A stretch of DNA of 64,000 bases from Octopus vulgaris (taxonomy: Eukaryota): contig OX597820.1 in NCBI GenBank assembly GCA_951406725.2, forward strand, positions 14,756,001-14,820,000, in the 5' to 3' direction. Of the stretch, positions 1-13,369 are shown in pieces. Each line of letters starts with the position of its first letter. The first letter of the stretch is position 1. Position numbers and translations under genes: made by a program. The notes beneath the pieces are model-generated. The model searched no databases. It saw only the letters and a list, made by a program, of their open reading frames with translations, and was not told the DNA's origin.

Positions 1-75
1 GTGTGTGTCTGTGAGTATCATTTAACATCCATGTTCCATAGAAACATAAATCGGATGATATATATATATATATAT

Positions 76-467
76 ATCATCATCATCATCATCATCGTTT
101 AATGTCTGCTTTCCATGCTAGCATGGGTTGGACGATTTGACTTAAGGACTGGCGAACCAGATGGCTGCACAAATCTCCAATCTGATCTGGCAGAGTTTCT
201 ACAGCTGGATGCCCTTCCTAATGCCAACCACTCCGAGAGTGTAGTGGGTGCTTTTACGTGCCAGTCAGGCAGTACTGACAACAGCTACGCTCAAATGGTG
301 CTTTTTATGTACCACCTGCACAGGAGCCAGTCCAGTGGCACTGGCAACGACCTCGCTCAAATGTTTTTTTCACATGCCACCGGCACAAGTGCCAGTAATG
401 CGACGCTGGTAATGATCACCTTCATTCGAATGATGCTTTTTATGTGCCACCACCACGGAAGCCAGTT
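76..467 (-). mobile_element. SINE family 1 ((GAT)n tail; ggttggcgttaggaagggcatccagc core)
   Basis: More than 10 copies in the window share ccaacccatgctagcatgga...gacgttaaacgatgatg and repeated ggcacgtaaaaagcacc modules. Confidence 0.8.
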
Positions 468-1357
468 ATGTATGTATGTATGTATATATATATATATATA
501 GGTGTGTGTGTGTGTGTGTGTATGCGTGCATATCTGAGTGTATGTATGTATAATATCTACATGTGTGTTTGCATAGGGTAATTATCAAAAGTGATTAGTA
601 TTGACATAAACGGGGCTTTAGTAATTACAATTTTTCAGCCTATCCTTTGTACGTCTTTCCTCCTGCTTTCTAATGCCCATCTTGTGTGCCTATATGTATG
701 AAACCATATTCTAGGACTTTGAACAACAGAATTAGTGCAACAAAATCCAAATAATGCAAACTCGTGACACAATTTATTCCCAGACACACAGCTATTTCCT
801 TGTATTCCATTTCGGCTTTGGCCAGTCCCTTGGCAACTCTGCTGCTCCATGTTAACCTTGGAGTCATTTGGGTTAATTAGCCATTAGCGGATGTCTCTGT
901 TCCTACAAGAAGAAACAACTGAGTTTGTTTGGTGTAGTGATTCTCAACCAGGGTCCATTCTCTTATCGTTTTATTTGTTTCAGTCATTTGACTGTGGCCA
1001 GGCTGGAGCACCGCTTTTAGACGAACAGATCGACCCCTGGGACTTATTCTTTGTAAGCCTAGTACTTACTCCTCTATCAGTCTCTTTTTGCTGAACTGCT
1101 AATTTATGGGCCCTTCCTCATGCCAACTACTCTGAGAGTGTAATGGATGCTTTTACGTGCCACTGGCACGGGTGCCACTTTCATGACACCAGGATGCTTT
1201 TACATGCCAATTTGCATCACATCGGTATCTGCTACGACTGTGATTTTGTTCAGCTTGTAGGTCTTCTTCAAGCATGATATAATGCCAAAGGTCTCAGTCT
1301 TTACCTCCATGAGACCTAACACTCACAAAACTTTCATCATATTTTCATCAAATTGCT

Positions 1358-1392
<35 letters not shown>

Positions 1393-1871
1393 TGTTTTTA
1401 ACATCCACTTTTTCTTGCTTGCATGGATTGGAGAGAGAGCTTACTGAGACAAATTTTCTAATTTTCTATGGCTGGATGCCTTTTCTCTCATCAGCCCTCA
1501 CCTGTTTCCAAGCAAAGTAGTATTTCCCCATGGTCAGACATGCTTCCAGAGAATAACCAAAATGGATGACACTATTAGTTAATGTCATCCTTTTACATCT
1601 AGTCAAACAGCATCCAAAAGAAGGCAACACAAATATACACACAAAGGAAGAGTATAGTTTGTGCACCATGAATTTTGATGGGTACTTTGAATATCATCTT
1701 AGATACCTGTATGAAACTAGGGTACATGCATGCACACACACATACACACATGAGGTCATATGTGCAAAACAAGGTGAGGAAAATACCACTAGACTACCAA
1801 ACGTAAGGCAAAATACTATTTTATTAACCCTTTCATTACCAATTTTACAGGAAGAGGGAATAGCCATTTAA

Positions 1872-2345
1872 CCCTTTTGATACCAACCTGCTTGAAACTG
1901 CCTCTGGCTCTGTACTACAAATGTCTTGTTCCCATAAGTTTTGAATTAAAATCTTCCACCAAACCTTAGTCACAATTTATGTTCCCAACACTAGCTTAAT
2001 GATAACTAAGTTATTTTACTAAATTCTTTGTTATATATAAAATTAATTGAAAGCAACACAGAGCATCTCAACAGAAATATGGTAAGAAAAGGGTTAAAAT
2101 ATATAATAGAGAAACAATTCTTAACCCTTTTGATACCAACCCGGGTGAAACCACCTCTTGTGTGGTAGTACAAATGTCTTGCTTTCATAAGGTTTGAATT
2201 AAAATCTTCCACCAAACTTTAGTTACAATTTATGTTCCTAACACTAGCTGAATGATAACTAAGTTATTTTACTAAATTCTTTGTTATATTTAAAGTAATT
2301 GAAAGAAACACAGAACATCTCAAAATAAATACAGTAACGAAAGGG
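1872..2345. mobile_element. Tandem pair of piggyBac-type MITEs (family A, about 220 bp each)
   Basis: Units 1872-2093 and 2125-2345, each TTAA|CCCTT...AAGGG|TTAA, separated by a 23-bp spacer. Confidence 0.8.
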
Positions 2346-2530
2346 TTAAAGTTGAAAAAATCTTCACAAACTGGTTACATGAAACTCTGACAGTTTGTCA
2401 AGTTTTTCTGCTTTGATAAAATAGTAAACACACACACATACAACATACACACACAGGTGAGCACATAAATACAAAACAAGGTGGAGAAAAATAGTACACA
2501 ACTACCAAAGGTAGAGTTATATACTTTCTA

Positions 2531-2656
2531 TTAAAGCTGCAAAATTCTCACAGAACTGTTACTCAGAGTTTCACATTCCCATTTGCCAGACAACTGTCTG
2601 ATGAACGGGCATGTGGGACACCAAATAACTCTTCTGAGATAATTTTGCAACTTTAC

Positions 2657-2657
<1 letters not shown>
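2531..2657. repeat. Decayed fold-back repeat with hammerhead-like core
   Basis: Imperfect arms 2531-2592 and 2594-2657. CTGATGA at 2598-2604; GAAACTCTGAGTA on the opposite arm's minus strand. Confidence 0.6.
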
Positions 2658-2726
<69 letters not shown>

Positions 2727-3004
2727 GGCAAATACGGTAAACCACTTTTTACCCCTGCCCATATATAATACTCAATTGCGAGATTGCCACACAATAACTA
2801 GCACTTGGTTATGAATAACTGGGTACAGTACCAGCTATATATTGGATAGGTACTATCCCTTAGTTGGTTTCTCAACTCACACAGAGATATATATATAAGT
2901 ATAAAATTGAAAAAGTTAGAGTCAACAAGAAGGGTTCTGAGGGTGGCCGAGCTTTATACTGTACTCTCTCACATTCCTAACGGAATATACATACATACAT
3001 ACAT

Positions 3005-3037
<33 letters not shown>

Positions 3038-3088
3038 TACATACATACATACATACATATATATATATACATACATATATATATATAT

Positions 3089-3127
<39 letters not shown>

Positions 3128-3220
3128 CATATATATATATATATATACATACCGTCCAACCCATGCTAGCATGGAGAACGGACGTTAATACGATGATGAT
3201 GATGATGATATACACATACT

Positions 3221-3254
<34 letters not shown>

Positions 3255-3417
3255 GGTGCTGTATATGTATATTAATGATGCAGTTGTTACCTTACATACA
3301 TGCACCTATAATGCCTTCAGCCCTCTTCTCTAGAAGCATGTCTAGAGTATTTTTTAATGGTTTCTCCTGTAAACCCATAAGACTCTGTATGTGCTTGCAT
3401 GCTTATTGTGTGCGTGT

Positions 3418-3419
<2 letters not shown>

Positions 3420-3497
<78 letters not shown>
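3420..3497. repeat. (CA)n microsatellite
   Basis: Directly visible. Confidence 0.97.
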
Positions 3498-3500
<3 letters not shown>

Positions 3501-3792
3501 TGCATGCATGCATACACTAGACGAAGGCAGCAATTTAGATGTTCAGCTCTTTTTCCGATGCTACGCCACGACCGGCTGTAATGGAAAGTAATGTTAGCAC
3601 AATTAATTTATGTGCTATTAGTATTGCAGTCCCATCTAGCTCTGGATGATAATGGGATTACTTCGCTTACTCTGTTTCGGCTGGCATCGTTCCATAGATT
3701 GCCATTTTCTTAACAATCTTAACATTCTTTTGTGAAATAATATATCATTTTCCATCTTTCGCGTGGCATGCAAGCAATGTATTATTACTGGT

Positions 3793-3850
3793 GCTATTAT
3801 TATTATTATTATTATCATCAGTATTATCATTATTATTATTATTATTATTA

Positions 3851-3881
<31 letters not shown>

Positions 3882-3952
3882 CATTATCATCATCATCAGT
3901 ATTGTCATTATTATTATTATTATCATTATTATTATTATCATCATCAGTATTA

Positions 3953-3995
<43 letters not shown>

Positions 3996-4028
3996 CATCA
4001 TCATTATCATTATTATTGTCGTTATTAC
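3793..4028. repeat. (ATT)n/(ATC)n microsatellite
   Basis: Directly visible. Confidence 0.95.
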
Positions 4029-4684
4029 TGGGTTGGTTTTTTTTTTGTTCATGTTATTTTCGATATTTTGCTATTAATATCGAAAACTGAAATTTTTAAC
4101 AAAATTGTTGAGTTTTGTCTGCAATCAAAAAATATTTTCATCAAAACATATGAAAGGATTGTTATAATTACTTGTCTGAGAATAATTTCAAAGATGAAAA
4201 GAATGTTTTCTGGAAATTATCGGTGGGTGTTGTTGTTGTTGTTGGTGTTGTTAATGTTATTTTCCTCATATACACATATATATATTATTGGAGTTGTGCT
4301 TCTTCATATATTAAGTATATTTTAATATTTTACATTCCAAAAAAGCAAATATCCTTCACACGAATTCTTCGAGATGAAAGATACTTCAAAAATGTTTTAA
4401 AATATTTATATACCCTAATCAAACAAACATTCTAGCAATATTATTATATACACACAAACTCATGTTTTAATATTCCTTGTTTTCTCTGATAATGTCACCA
4501 TTCACAGTAAGGTATGAATTACCTGTGGTAAAAGCAGAACAGTGCCTTTCCATCCTTGACCATCTTGTCTCTTCACAAATAGAGTAATGTAGACTAAATC
4601 AAGAAAAGTGTCTTTTGATGCCATCCTGCTTAGGACCCTTTCTGGTTCTATGATGCAGACTTCCCATTCCAAAATGATGTAAAT

Positions 4685-5104
4685 CAGTGGCCCTCAACTG
4701 AGGTTTATTTGGCCCTTTGTGGATCCATATAAGGTTTTGTCGTTAAACTTTCTGTCCAATAAATTGGTTATGCTCCTTCAATACAAAAAATATTTTAGCA
4801 ATTTTTTTTCTTTTATACTATTCCTAATAATATTAATCAAAGGACATACTAGGTGTGTCCACCTGCTGGAAATAACAGTCAAAACTCTTATTTGAATTGC
4901 CAAAAGACACTGAGAATAACAACAGTAATCAACCATCAATTATTTTTTTCTCGTGAATTATTTGCTCTATTGCAATTATTGCTAATAATATTTAATTATA
5001 AAAATATAATAGGGAGTTTTTGAATATCAAATGGTTATGAGGGTCCACCCGAGTGAAACAGAAATCGAAGGGGTCCATAGGAAAAAAGTGGCTGAGAACC
5101 ACTG
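4685..5104. mobile_element. hAT-type MITE
   Basis: TIRs cagtggccctcaac / gctgagaaccactg, 8-bp TSD atgtaaat/atctaaat. Inserted into a TTAA-type MITE remnant that ends agggttaa at about 5250. Confidence 0.75.
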
Positions 5105-5927
5105 ATCTAAATTTAAAATTTCTGTCAAATTTCATTTTTATGTTCCAAATGTCGGTCAAATTTATTTTCATAAATTCTTCGCTCTTTTCAAAATTATTTG
5201 AAATGAAAGAAGTGTATATATCAGTAGAAATACAGTAACAAGAGGGTTAAGGTTGTAGGGTTTTGTTCAATAGAATTATGGTTGCTGTTTCTAGCAAGTC
5301 GAGTGACCATATAGGGGCTTGCATTATCTTGATTTATGATGGAATTGCTTGGTTTGGTTTGGGAAAAATGAAACTCCACAATCATCATTTAATCTCTATT
5401 TTCCATGTTGGCACAAGTTGGACAATTTGACAGGAATTGGTAAGACCAGGCGTTTCTGCAACTGGATGCCCTTCCTAATGCCAACCACTTTACAGAGTGT
5501 ACTGGATGCTTTTTATGTGGCACCATCACCAGTACTTTTTACATAAGATTGATATAAAGTAGTTGGGGTTGGAGGTGGATGAGCATAAGTAACAGCCAAA
5601 TTTTCTTCAGATCACACTTACTTAACTAAAAAAGACAAACTACAGAAAATGGGCTTAGATACACAATATTTGGGGGGGTTTTTTGCTTTTTTTTTGTTTT
5701 GTTTTTTTGTAGTGGGAGACATGAATTGAACAACTCTTGACCATTCTAGCTGATAGGTCTTTTAACTTGGGCCTAATTAAAAACAGCAACACAAAGCATA
5801 ACAGAAAAAGGGAATGTGAAAATCCAAAATGGAGAAATAAAAAATGTGGGCCCTCATTGTCATCTTCTTCATCTTTGTCATCATTATTTAACCTTTTAGT
5901 TATATTTCTGTTGAAATGCACTGCTTC

Positions 5928-6314
5928 TGTAATAAAGATTGTTTGCCAACATTACATGGCAGTCCTGGTTTAGGACTAATGTTGCTGTAATTTAGCCCCA
6001 GGAAACATCATCTCCAGCTGGCTATACAACACAATCTTTGTCCTTATATTTTCGAACAAGGGAATCTAGCACCCCCACTCAGCTCAAAACAATATCTGTG
6101 TATCGCGATTTCTGGGTTATTTCTCTTCATCAATCGCGATACACAGATATTGTTTTGTGCTGAGTGGGGGTACTAGATTCCCTTTTTCGAAAATATAAGG
6201 ACACAGATCGTGTCGTATAGCCAGCTGGAGACAATATCTCCTGGGGCTAAATTACAGCAACATTCGTCCTAAACCAGGACTGCCATGTTATGTTGGCAAA
6301 CAATCTTTACTACA
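5928..6314. repeat. Long imperfect inverted repeat (about 183-bp arms, 21-nt loop)
   Basis: 5928-6110 is the reverse complement of 6132-6314 with scattered mismatches. Confidence 0.95.
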
Positions 6315-6499
6315 AAGTACTGTTGCTGAATATCTCTCATTGTGAGATTTAAAAATAGTAATTTTCTAATAAACTGGTTTTATTTCAACTAATTTTGAGA
6401 ATTGTGAAGAATTTAGTTAAATAGCTTCATAAAGCTGATGCTTGGAACATAAATTAACACAAAATATTTAATGGAAAGTTTTAATTTAGATATCTTTAA

Positions 6500-6794
6500 C
6501 CCTTTCGCATTCAAATTACTCTATCAAGTCTAATGCTTATTTATTCACATTGTTTTAAATTAATTATGCATTATATTGTTTTATGCCTTATATTTTAAAG
6601 GCAGTGCTCCAGCATAGCTGCAGTCAAATGACTGAAACAATTAAAAGAATAAAAGAATATCTCATAGCTTCAAGATTTCAATGATGTCCTTGTTTCTTTT
6701 TAGAATGACATTGTAGGGTAGACATGAAAGGCTAGACCCTGTTGCTTTGAACATAAAACAGGTAGAATATTAGGGCCAGGTTATGGCTAAAGGG
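6500..6794. mobile_element. piggyBac-type MITE (family B), interrupted by a SINE 3' end
   Basis: TTAA|ccctttcgcattc...gctaaaggg, with the same internal sequence as the copies at 33.0, 33.5 and 34.6 kb. SINE tail inserted at about 6592-6657. Confidence 0.65.
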
Positions 6795-7868
6795 TTGAAA
6801 GGAGGAAATTTGTATCGTAAAATAAAAGGTGGCACCAGGTGGGTTGGTATTAAAATGGCAAAGGTCCTCTTTTCTATGCTGGCATGGGTTGGATGGTTTG
6901 AGAGGAAGATGCTGGAGAGTGAGTGGACTGCACTGAGCTCTGATGTCTGCTGTGGTTTTGCACAGTCCTCTCGCTTGTTGATTCCTCTCAAACTGTCCGA
7001 TTTATGTCATCATGCAGGGAGGGGGGGGGCAAAAAAAAAAAAGGAATGTTAAGTGATGATGATGATGAAAAGGAGGAGGATGTGTTAGATAAAAGCTCGT
7101 AGCTGTTTCTGAGAATCAATAGACGGGATAATTAAAGAACTGGATGTGGCCAGTTGTTTAGTAACAATTAGTAAGAATCAAATTCTGTTACTGACAAGAA
7201 ACAAGTAATTACATTTTTTTTTTTTTGGTTTTAATGTTTTTTCTTTTTTTCTTTTAAATCATGTTCAGTGAAGCGTGACATTTTGTCACTGATATATCAA
7301 GAAGATAATCTTAGTAACCATAAAATTAAACAAAAAACGAAAGAAAAAAAAAAACGAAGGAAAGAGAACAAAAACAAAATGTCTCTGTATGTCAGATTGA
7401 GACACCATTGGTAAAGACAGTAAAATAATTGGTTTAACCTTGGTCTCCAACTAACTGGTAACCATATCTTTGAAAAATCTTCATTCTGTCAAAGTATCAT
7501 TCAAGTAGTTTAAAGAGAGAGAGAGAGAGAGCAATTATTAACGGTCTTATGAACAGCTGCTAATCGTATACAAAACTCAACCCTAGACAACTGCTCAAAT
7601 ATCTGGGACAGAACTCCCACCATTCATTCACCTACATATCCTAAATTCCACCGCTGTTAATAAAATAAACAAACAAAATATATCTATGTAAAAGTAAAAT
7701 CAGATTGTAAAGAAAAAAAAAAACATTCAATAATGCTTTCTAATCCGGTGTTTCTCTGCCACATCTTACCTATGGATCCTTTTGATTTGTATTTTTATTT
7801 GGACAGAACCTTCTTAGCCATTCGATATTTAAAAAAAAACAAAACATTGTTTTGATAATTAAATATTA

Positions 7869-8265
7869 CTAGCAGTATCACCCAGCGTTGCTCGGGTTTG
7901 TTTTTCAACCCTTTAGAATTGGAATTTTTGAAAAGTAAAAATTTTGCATCATGTAGCTTGTTATTCTCTTTAAGAGAACATTTTTCTTGGTTGAAATACA
8001 CCGAAAAATGGCAACACAGCAGTCAAAAAATCTTAACCAAAGGGATTTTCATAGAAAAAAAAAGCACCTTTTTGATGTAAATAATTTTTGGTATTAACAT
8101 GGTCCGATTTGAATTTTTCCTTCTATGGAAAGAAGAGCAAGCCTTCTCTATCATACTCTCAATTTTGGTCAACTTGCACCACAGGGTCTCGGAGGAGATA
8201 GTGTTAGTTGAAGGCTGCCAAACCTGCCACACACACAGACAACTTCAGCTTTATATAGAGAGAGA
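7869..8265 (-). mobile_element. Non-autonomous Helitron
   Basis: Minus strand starts TC(TCTC) and ends CTAG, preceded by the GC-rich hairpin CCCGAGCAACGCTGGG. Inserted between A and T with no TSD. Confidence 0.8.
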
Positions 8266-8759
8266 TTATCTCATAGCTTTGAGATATCAATGATGTGATT
8301 ATTTATTTTTAAAAAGGCTTGGTATAGTTGGTGTGAGAGGCCAGATCTGGCTGGTTGGAACATTTGGGCTACAGACGGCCAGTTTAAATGCTAATGGGTT
8401 GGTGATTGAATGTCAGCCATCAAGTGACACATCTCTGAGAGCAGTCAAAGACATCTGTGCATAAAGTGGCAGAACTGCAACAGATGTGAGAGCAGTATTG
8501 TGTTGAGTCATCATCATTGTCTTCATTTAATTATTGCCTTTCATGTTGGCATGGATTGGACAGGTTTACAGGTACTGGCCAGGCAGGAGCCTGCACCAGA
8601 CTTCTGTGTCTGTTTTGGCATGGTTTTTATGACTGGATGCCCTTCCTATCAGCAACCACCCCGCAGAGTGGATTGTTTAATTTGCATAATTTATCTGTTA
8701 CTGAATGTTGGATTATGACCAAAAGCTTATGTTATGATTGTGATTACAAGTTGCCGAAA

Positions 8760-9040
8760 TGGGGTTTCCTTGAAATACCTCTGGACTAACTTGTGCATGA
8801 CAGGGCATGCAGCTCAGAGATCAGGGAGTCTCTCTAGACTGATCCACTGTTTATCCACATTGAGAGGTCACAGCTTTGGTACTACAAGCATGATTAGGAT
8901 GTTTACAAGAAAGAATCACAAACAGGATTCTTGAAGTCGAGCCAACCAGTAGAAGACCTAAGGGTAGACCAAGAACAAGGTGGTTGGGCAATATTCATGA
9001 TCTCAATTGGTCATACCTGGGACTCCTAATGGAAGGTGTA
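8760..9040 (+). mobile_element. RTE-clade LINE C-terminal fragment
   Basis: Frameshifted ...SSEIRESL*TDPLFIHIERSQL...RILEVEPTSRRPKGRPRTRWLGNIHDLNWSYLG, the typical RTE ORF C-terminus (GRPRxRW). Confidence 0.75.
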
Positions 9041-9541
9041 ATGATGTTTGCTTTTTATAGAACCCTATAGAGGAGGTGATTAAGGACTCTGTGCACCACA
9101 GTCCTCCTAGAAATAGCACCAAACAAAAATGGATGAATTGATCTCTTAATGCTGTAAACCCACTTTTTCTTACCTTAAATTCTAGTGATAGCAAATGACT
9201 GACTTTTAACTAAACCATGGTACCATCAGTTTTTTTGGTGGGGGTCTTATACTATTAGATTTCAATAATTAATTGTTTTCAAATTTATTCGTTTAAGGTT
9301 GGGTTAATTGATTGCATTTCCTTCGATTAAATTGTATTTCATTTATTATTATTATTAATTTTTTTTTGTTTTGGTTAGGTGGGGAACCTATATTAATTAG
9401 GGTGCGAATACCTTGCACTATTAATTTTTTCTAAAAATGAAAAAATTATATTTTTATTTTACTCCCATTTTATTTTCCAATGCCTACTTTTTCTGTTTGT
9501 AGATTTTTCACAGTTCTTCCTTTTCTTCCGAAGCTTCTACA

Positions 9542-9543
9542 CT

Positions 9544-9605
<62 letters not shown>

Positions 9606-9718
9606 CATTATTATTATTATTATCATTATTATTATTATTATCATTATTATTATTATTATCATTATTATTATTATTATCATTATTATTATTATTATTATCA
9701 TTATTATTATTATTATTA

Positions 9719-9752
<34 letters not shown>

Positions 9753-9900
9753 CATTATTATTATTATCATTATTATTATTATTATTATTATCATTATTAT
9801 TATTATTATTATTATCATTATTATTATTATTATTATTATTATCATCACCATTATTATTATCATTATTTATTATTTATAAAAGAAATCATTATTATTATTA
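9542..9900. repeat. (ATT)n microsatellite with ATC interruptions
   Basis: Directly visible. Confidence 0.95.
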
Positions 9901-10167
9901 TTTCTTCTTCTTTGAAAGCCATCTGTTGCACCTGTATCAATCGATACGATAGCATGTTAGGAATATTGGCACTAAACCTTCCAGCCATTGTTATTTTTCT
10001 AATTCACCTCACAAAGTGATTTCAATTTTGGCTAAAATTAGGACAACCTCTCTTCTCTATGTACTTAAATTGATGGTATTTGTATTGATGGTGCCATCGC
10101 TGTTGTCATAGTAGGTGTCGGCGGCAGCAAAGGTGGTGCTGGTGATGTAATTATTTTTAGCACCCAC

Positions 10168-10210
<43 letters not shown>

Positions 10211-10585
10211 CGTTCACTTCTCTCCTTTCTTGTACATCTGATGTTTTCTCAGAGTGAAGGGTAATTTTCTATTCCTTGACATCCTGTTTCTATGGATACT
10301 TTAGTTAAAATTAAATATTTGATTACCATTATAACCTTTCCATGTCTATTTCTTCTCCCTTTTTCTCCTTATTAAGGCTTCATGCCAAACGTAAGAAATT
10401 GCCACCACCACCACCATCATCATCATCACCATCATCATTATTACTGTTTCCATAAATTTTGATTCTTTGATCATATGAAGTGAAATATTTGAATTTCAGC
10501 TACTAGTTATTTATTTTATCTTATTTTTTGATAAGCTGAGCCCTCCTTTCCCCTTGTTGTCCCTCATCCTTCTGCCCTTGTTCAC

Positions 10586-10618
<33 letters not shown>

Positions 10619-11942
10619 CTTGTCTCTCTCTCTTTCTCATTAATGCATTCCCATTTACTTGTAATGTCAGCTTCTGGAGAGTGAGAACAGCCTCTCTGAT
10701 AAAATAAATACTTGTATGTGAATTTTATCTGGGTCATATGATTTAGCAGGCACCAATGAAAACACTTGCACACACATATATATATATACACTATCTGATA
10801 CATCTCCCATTTTTCTCTATCTCACATCCACATTAGCCTCCTTTAACGCGCTCTCCCTCTCGCCTCACTCTATCTGTCATCTTCTCTGTTCTTCCCATTC
10901 TAATATAGTTTATCATACATGTGTATAAAATTTGATTGTAAAACTATTGATTTTAGTAATGAGAATAATTCTTGTCCAAGATAATTGCTAATACCATGGC
11001 AACCTTGGATTTAAATGTATTATCTCTTGGATTTTTCCTTTCTTTGTTGGCTTTTTGTTTGTTTTTAGTTTTTCTCTTTTGTTGTTGTTGCTGTTGTTGT
11101 TGTTGTTTCTTCTCTCTTTTTGTTTTTAGTGAATTCCTTACTTCCTTATTATACAGTAGAAAGTTAGGAGAAATCTATGCTTACAGAGAAGATAGTTAGA
11201 TATAATGACAAATAGATACAAAGAGAGAGGGAGAGAGATAGGTAGAATGGGAGAGAGAGAGAGAGAAATCTTTTTGTCAAAGTCATTTTATCAGTTAGTC
11301 TTACTTTTGGAGTGTTATCCAAGAATAGCAAAAGTAATATATTCTTGGTTTTGGCAGTGTTATTTATGATGATGAGGATGATGATGATGTTGTTGATAGA
11401 TGATGTTGAAGGTACCAATGATGACGGTAGTGGTGGTCGTTGTCGTGGTGTTGGTGATGGTATTGTCCTAGAACAGTTTTTCTTTGTCTATAACCAGCAA
11501 GGTGACTATCCGTGGCCTGAATAATTTCTTGCCATGTTTTGAATATTGGACTCTGCAATCACCATAAATTTGCCGACTAGTGCAGTAGTAATATCATTAC
11601 AACCACCACCACCACCACCACCACCACTGCGACCAAATACCACCTCCGTCCATACCACCGCGATCGCCATTTCCATGATGGTCGCCGCCGCCGCCACCAC
11701 CACCACCGCCGCCGCCGCTACCACTACCATTATCTTCATCATTTGCTGCCATTCTCCATTTAGTATTTTCATTCTGTACACGTGCAAACAGAAAGCCATA
11801 CCACCACCAATACACACACACACACACACACACAAATTGCCAGCCAGAGCTAACAAAAGGATACTGCTGACAATGTTTGTAATCTGTCATCCGGTCTCTT
11901 GACACTCATAGTTCCAATCCTTGACTAAATCCATTTCCATTT

Positions 11943-11980
<38 letters not shown>

Positions 11981-12327
11981 ATTATTATTATTATTATTAT
12001 CATCAGCTGCATATAGCTGGATCCCTTTGTCATTCATGTGTATTCAGCAAATGCCTGGCTGTATTTCTTCAGTTCCTACCCAAAGATCCTTGTTTTCTTC
12101 TTGGAATAATTCTTTATTTACTTATTCTTTTATTAGTCTTGTTTGTAGTTTTTTTTTTGTTTTTTCTTTAAATATTCTGCTAAAGTAACTTAGGTTACAA
12201 TTTATTGTATTAGTATTTCTTAGAAACCATTATTATCACCATCGTTACCATTATTATTGTTGTTGTTGTTATTATTATTACTATTACTGCTGCTGCTGCT
12301 ACTACTACTACTACTACTACTATTATT

Positions 12328-13324
12328 AAGGCAGCGAGCTGGCAGAATCGTTAGCACGCAGTGCAAAATGCTTATCGGTATTTCGTCTGTCACTACATTC
12401 TGAGTTCGAATTCCACCGAGGTTGACTTTGCCTTTCATCCTTTCAGGGTTGAAGAAATAGGTACCAGGTATTGACTGCTGGAAGCAATGTTATCAGCTAC
12501 CCCCTCCCCCTGCCTAATTTCAGGTCTTGTTCTAATTGTAGAAAGGATTGTTTATTATTATAGTTATTATTATTCTTTGTAATTCCGGCTTTGTTGTATC
12601 TCCTGGAGTCTTGCATGCATAGTGGGCTTGCTACCTAAAGCCTATGGTACCATGCTATCCATTCTTTTTCAACTAATACTTTCCTAGTTATTCTGGCCGT
12701 GCCAAGGAGGCAAATCTTTTGTAACAGTTCTACTGAGCACTCTATTTCAATTTCCTTTATATTCCTCTTGATGACGTCTGATGCTGTCCCCAGGGACCCA
12801 ACAATAATTGGCACTATCTTTACTTTATTTTTCATAGTCAGTTTATTTCGTACTTAAGTAGATTGTATTGTTATTGGTATTAACACAGTGGCAAGCTGGC
12901 AGAATCGGTAGTATGCTGGATGAAATGCTTAGCGGTATTTTACCTGTTGCTACGTTCTGAGTTCAAGTTCTGCCGAGGTCAACTTTGCCTTTCATCCTTT
13001 CGGGGTCAATAAAAGAAGTATCAGTTACACACTGGGGTTGAAATAGTCAACTTAATCGTCTCCCCCAAGCTGCTCTTGTGGCAAAAATTTGAAATCATTA
13101 GTATTATTAACAAGGTAGCGAGCTGGTAGAATCATTAGTGCGCTGGAATAAATGCATGGTGATATTTCACACATTGCTAATTTCTGAGTTCAAATTCCGC
13201 CAAGGTCAACTTCATCTTTTATCCTTTCGAGGCCGATAAAATAAGTACCAGTTGTGTACTGAGGTCGATGTAATCGACTTATCCCTTCCCACAAAATCGC
13301 TGCCCTTGTGGAAAAATTTGAAAC

Positions 13325-13328
<4 letters not shown>
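12328..13328 (+). mobile_element. Three head-to-tail copies of tRNA-headed SINE family 2 (Meta-domain-like core)
   Basis: Copies at about 12328-12552, 12886-13100 and 13112-13328: ggcagcgagctggcagaatcgttagc...gagttcaaattcc (B-box-like)...gactttgcctttcatcctttcggggtcgataaaataagtacc, with (ATT)n tails. Confidence 0.8.
12570..12870 (-). mobile_element. 3' fragment of an RLE-type (R4/Dong-like) non-LTR retrotransposon
   Basis: KYNLLKYEI...VKIVPIIVGSLGT...LLQKICLLGTARITRKVL matches the C-terminus of restriction-like-endonuclease LINEs. Ends in (AAT)n on its own strand. Confidence 0.75.
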
Positions 13329-13367
<39 letters not shown>

Positions 13368-13369
13368 AA

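Noticed and set aside
3636-4325. Poly-I/Y/L ORFs (also 9480-10019)
   Set aside because: (ATT)n microsatellite artefacts.
11506-11905. Poly-P/A/T ORFs in a GC-rich (CCA)n/(GCC)n tract
   Set aside because: Low-complexity trinucleotide repeats with no convincing splice context or domain. A promoter or UTR role cannot be supported from sequence alone.
12328-12420. tRNA-like A/B-box sequence
   Set aside because: It is a SINE head with no complete cloverleaf. No genuine tRNA or rRNA genes were seen in the window.
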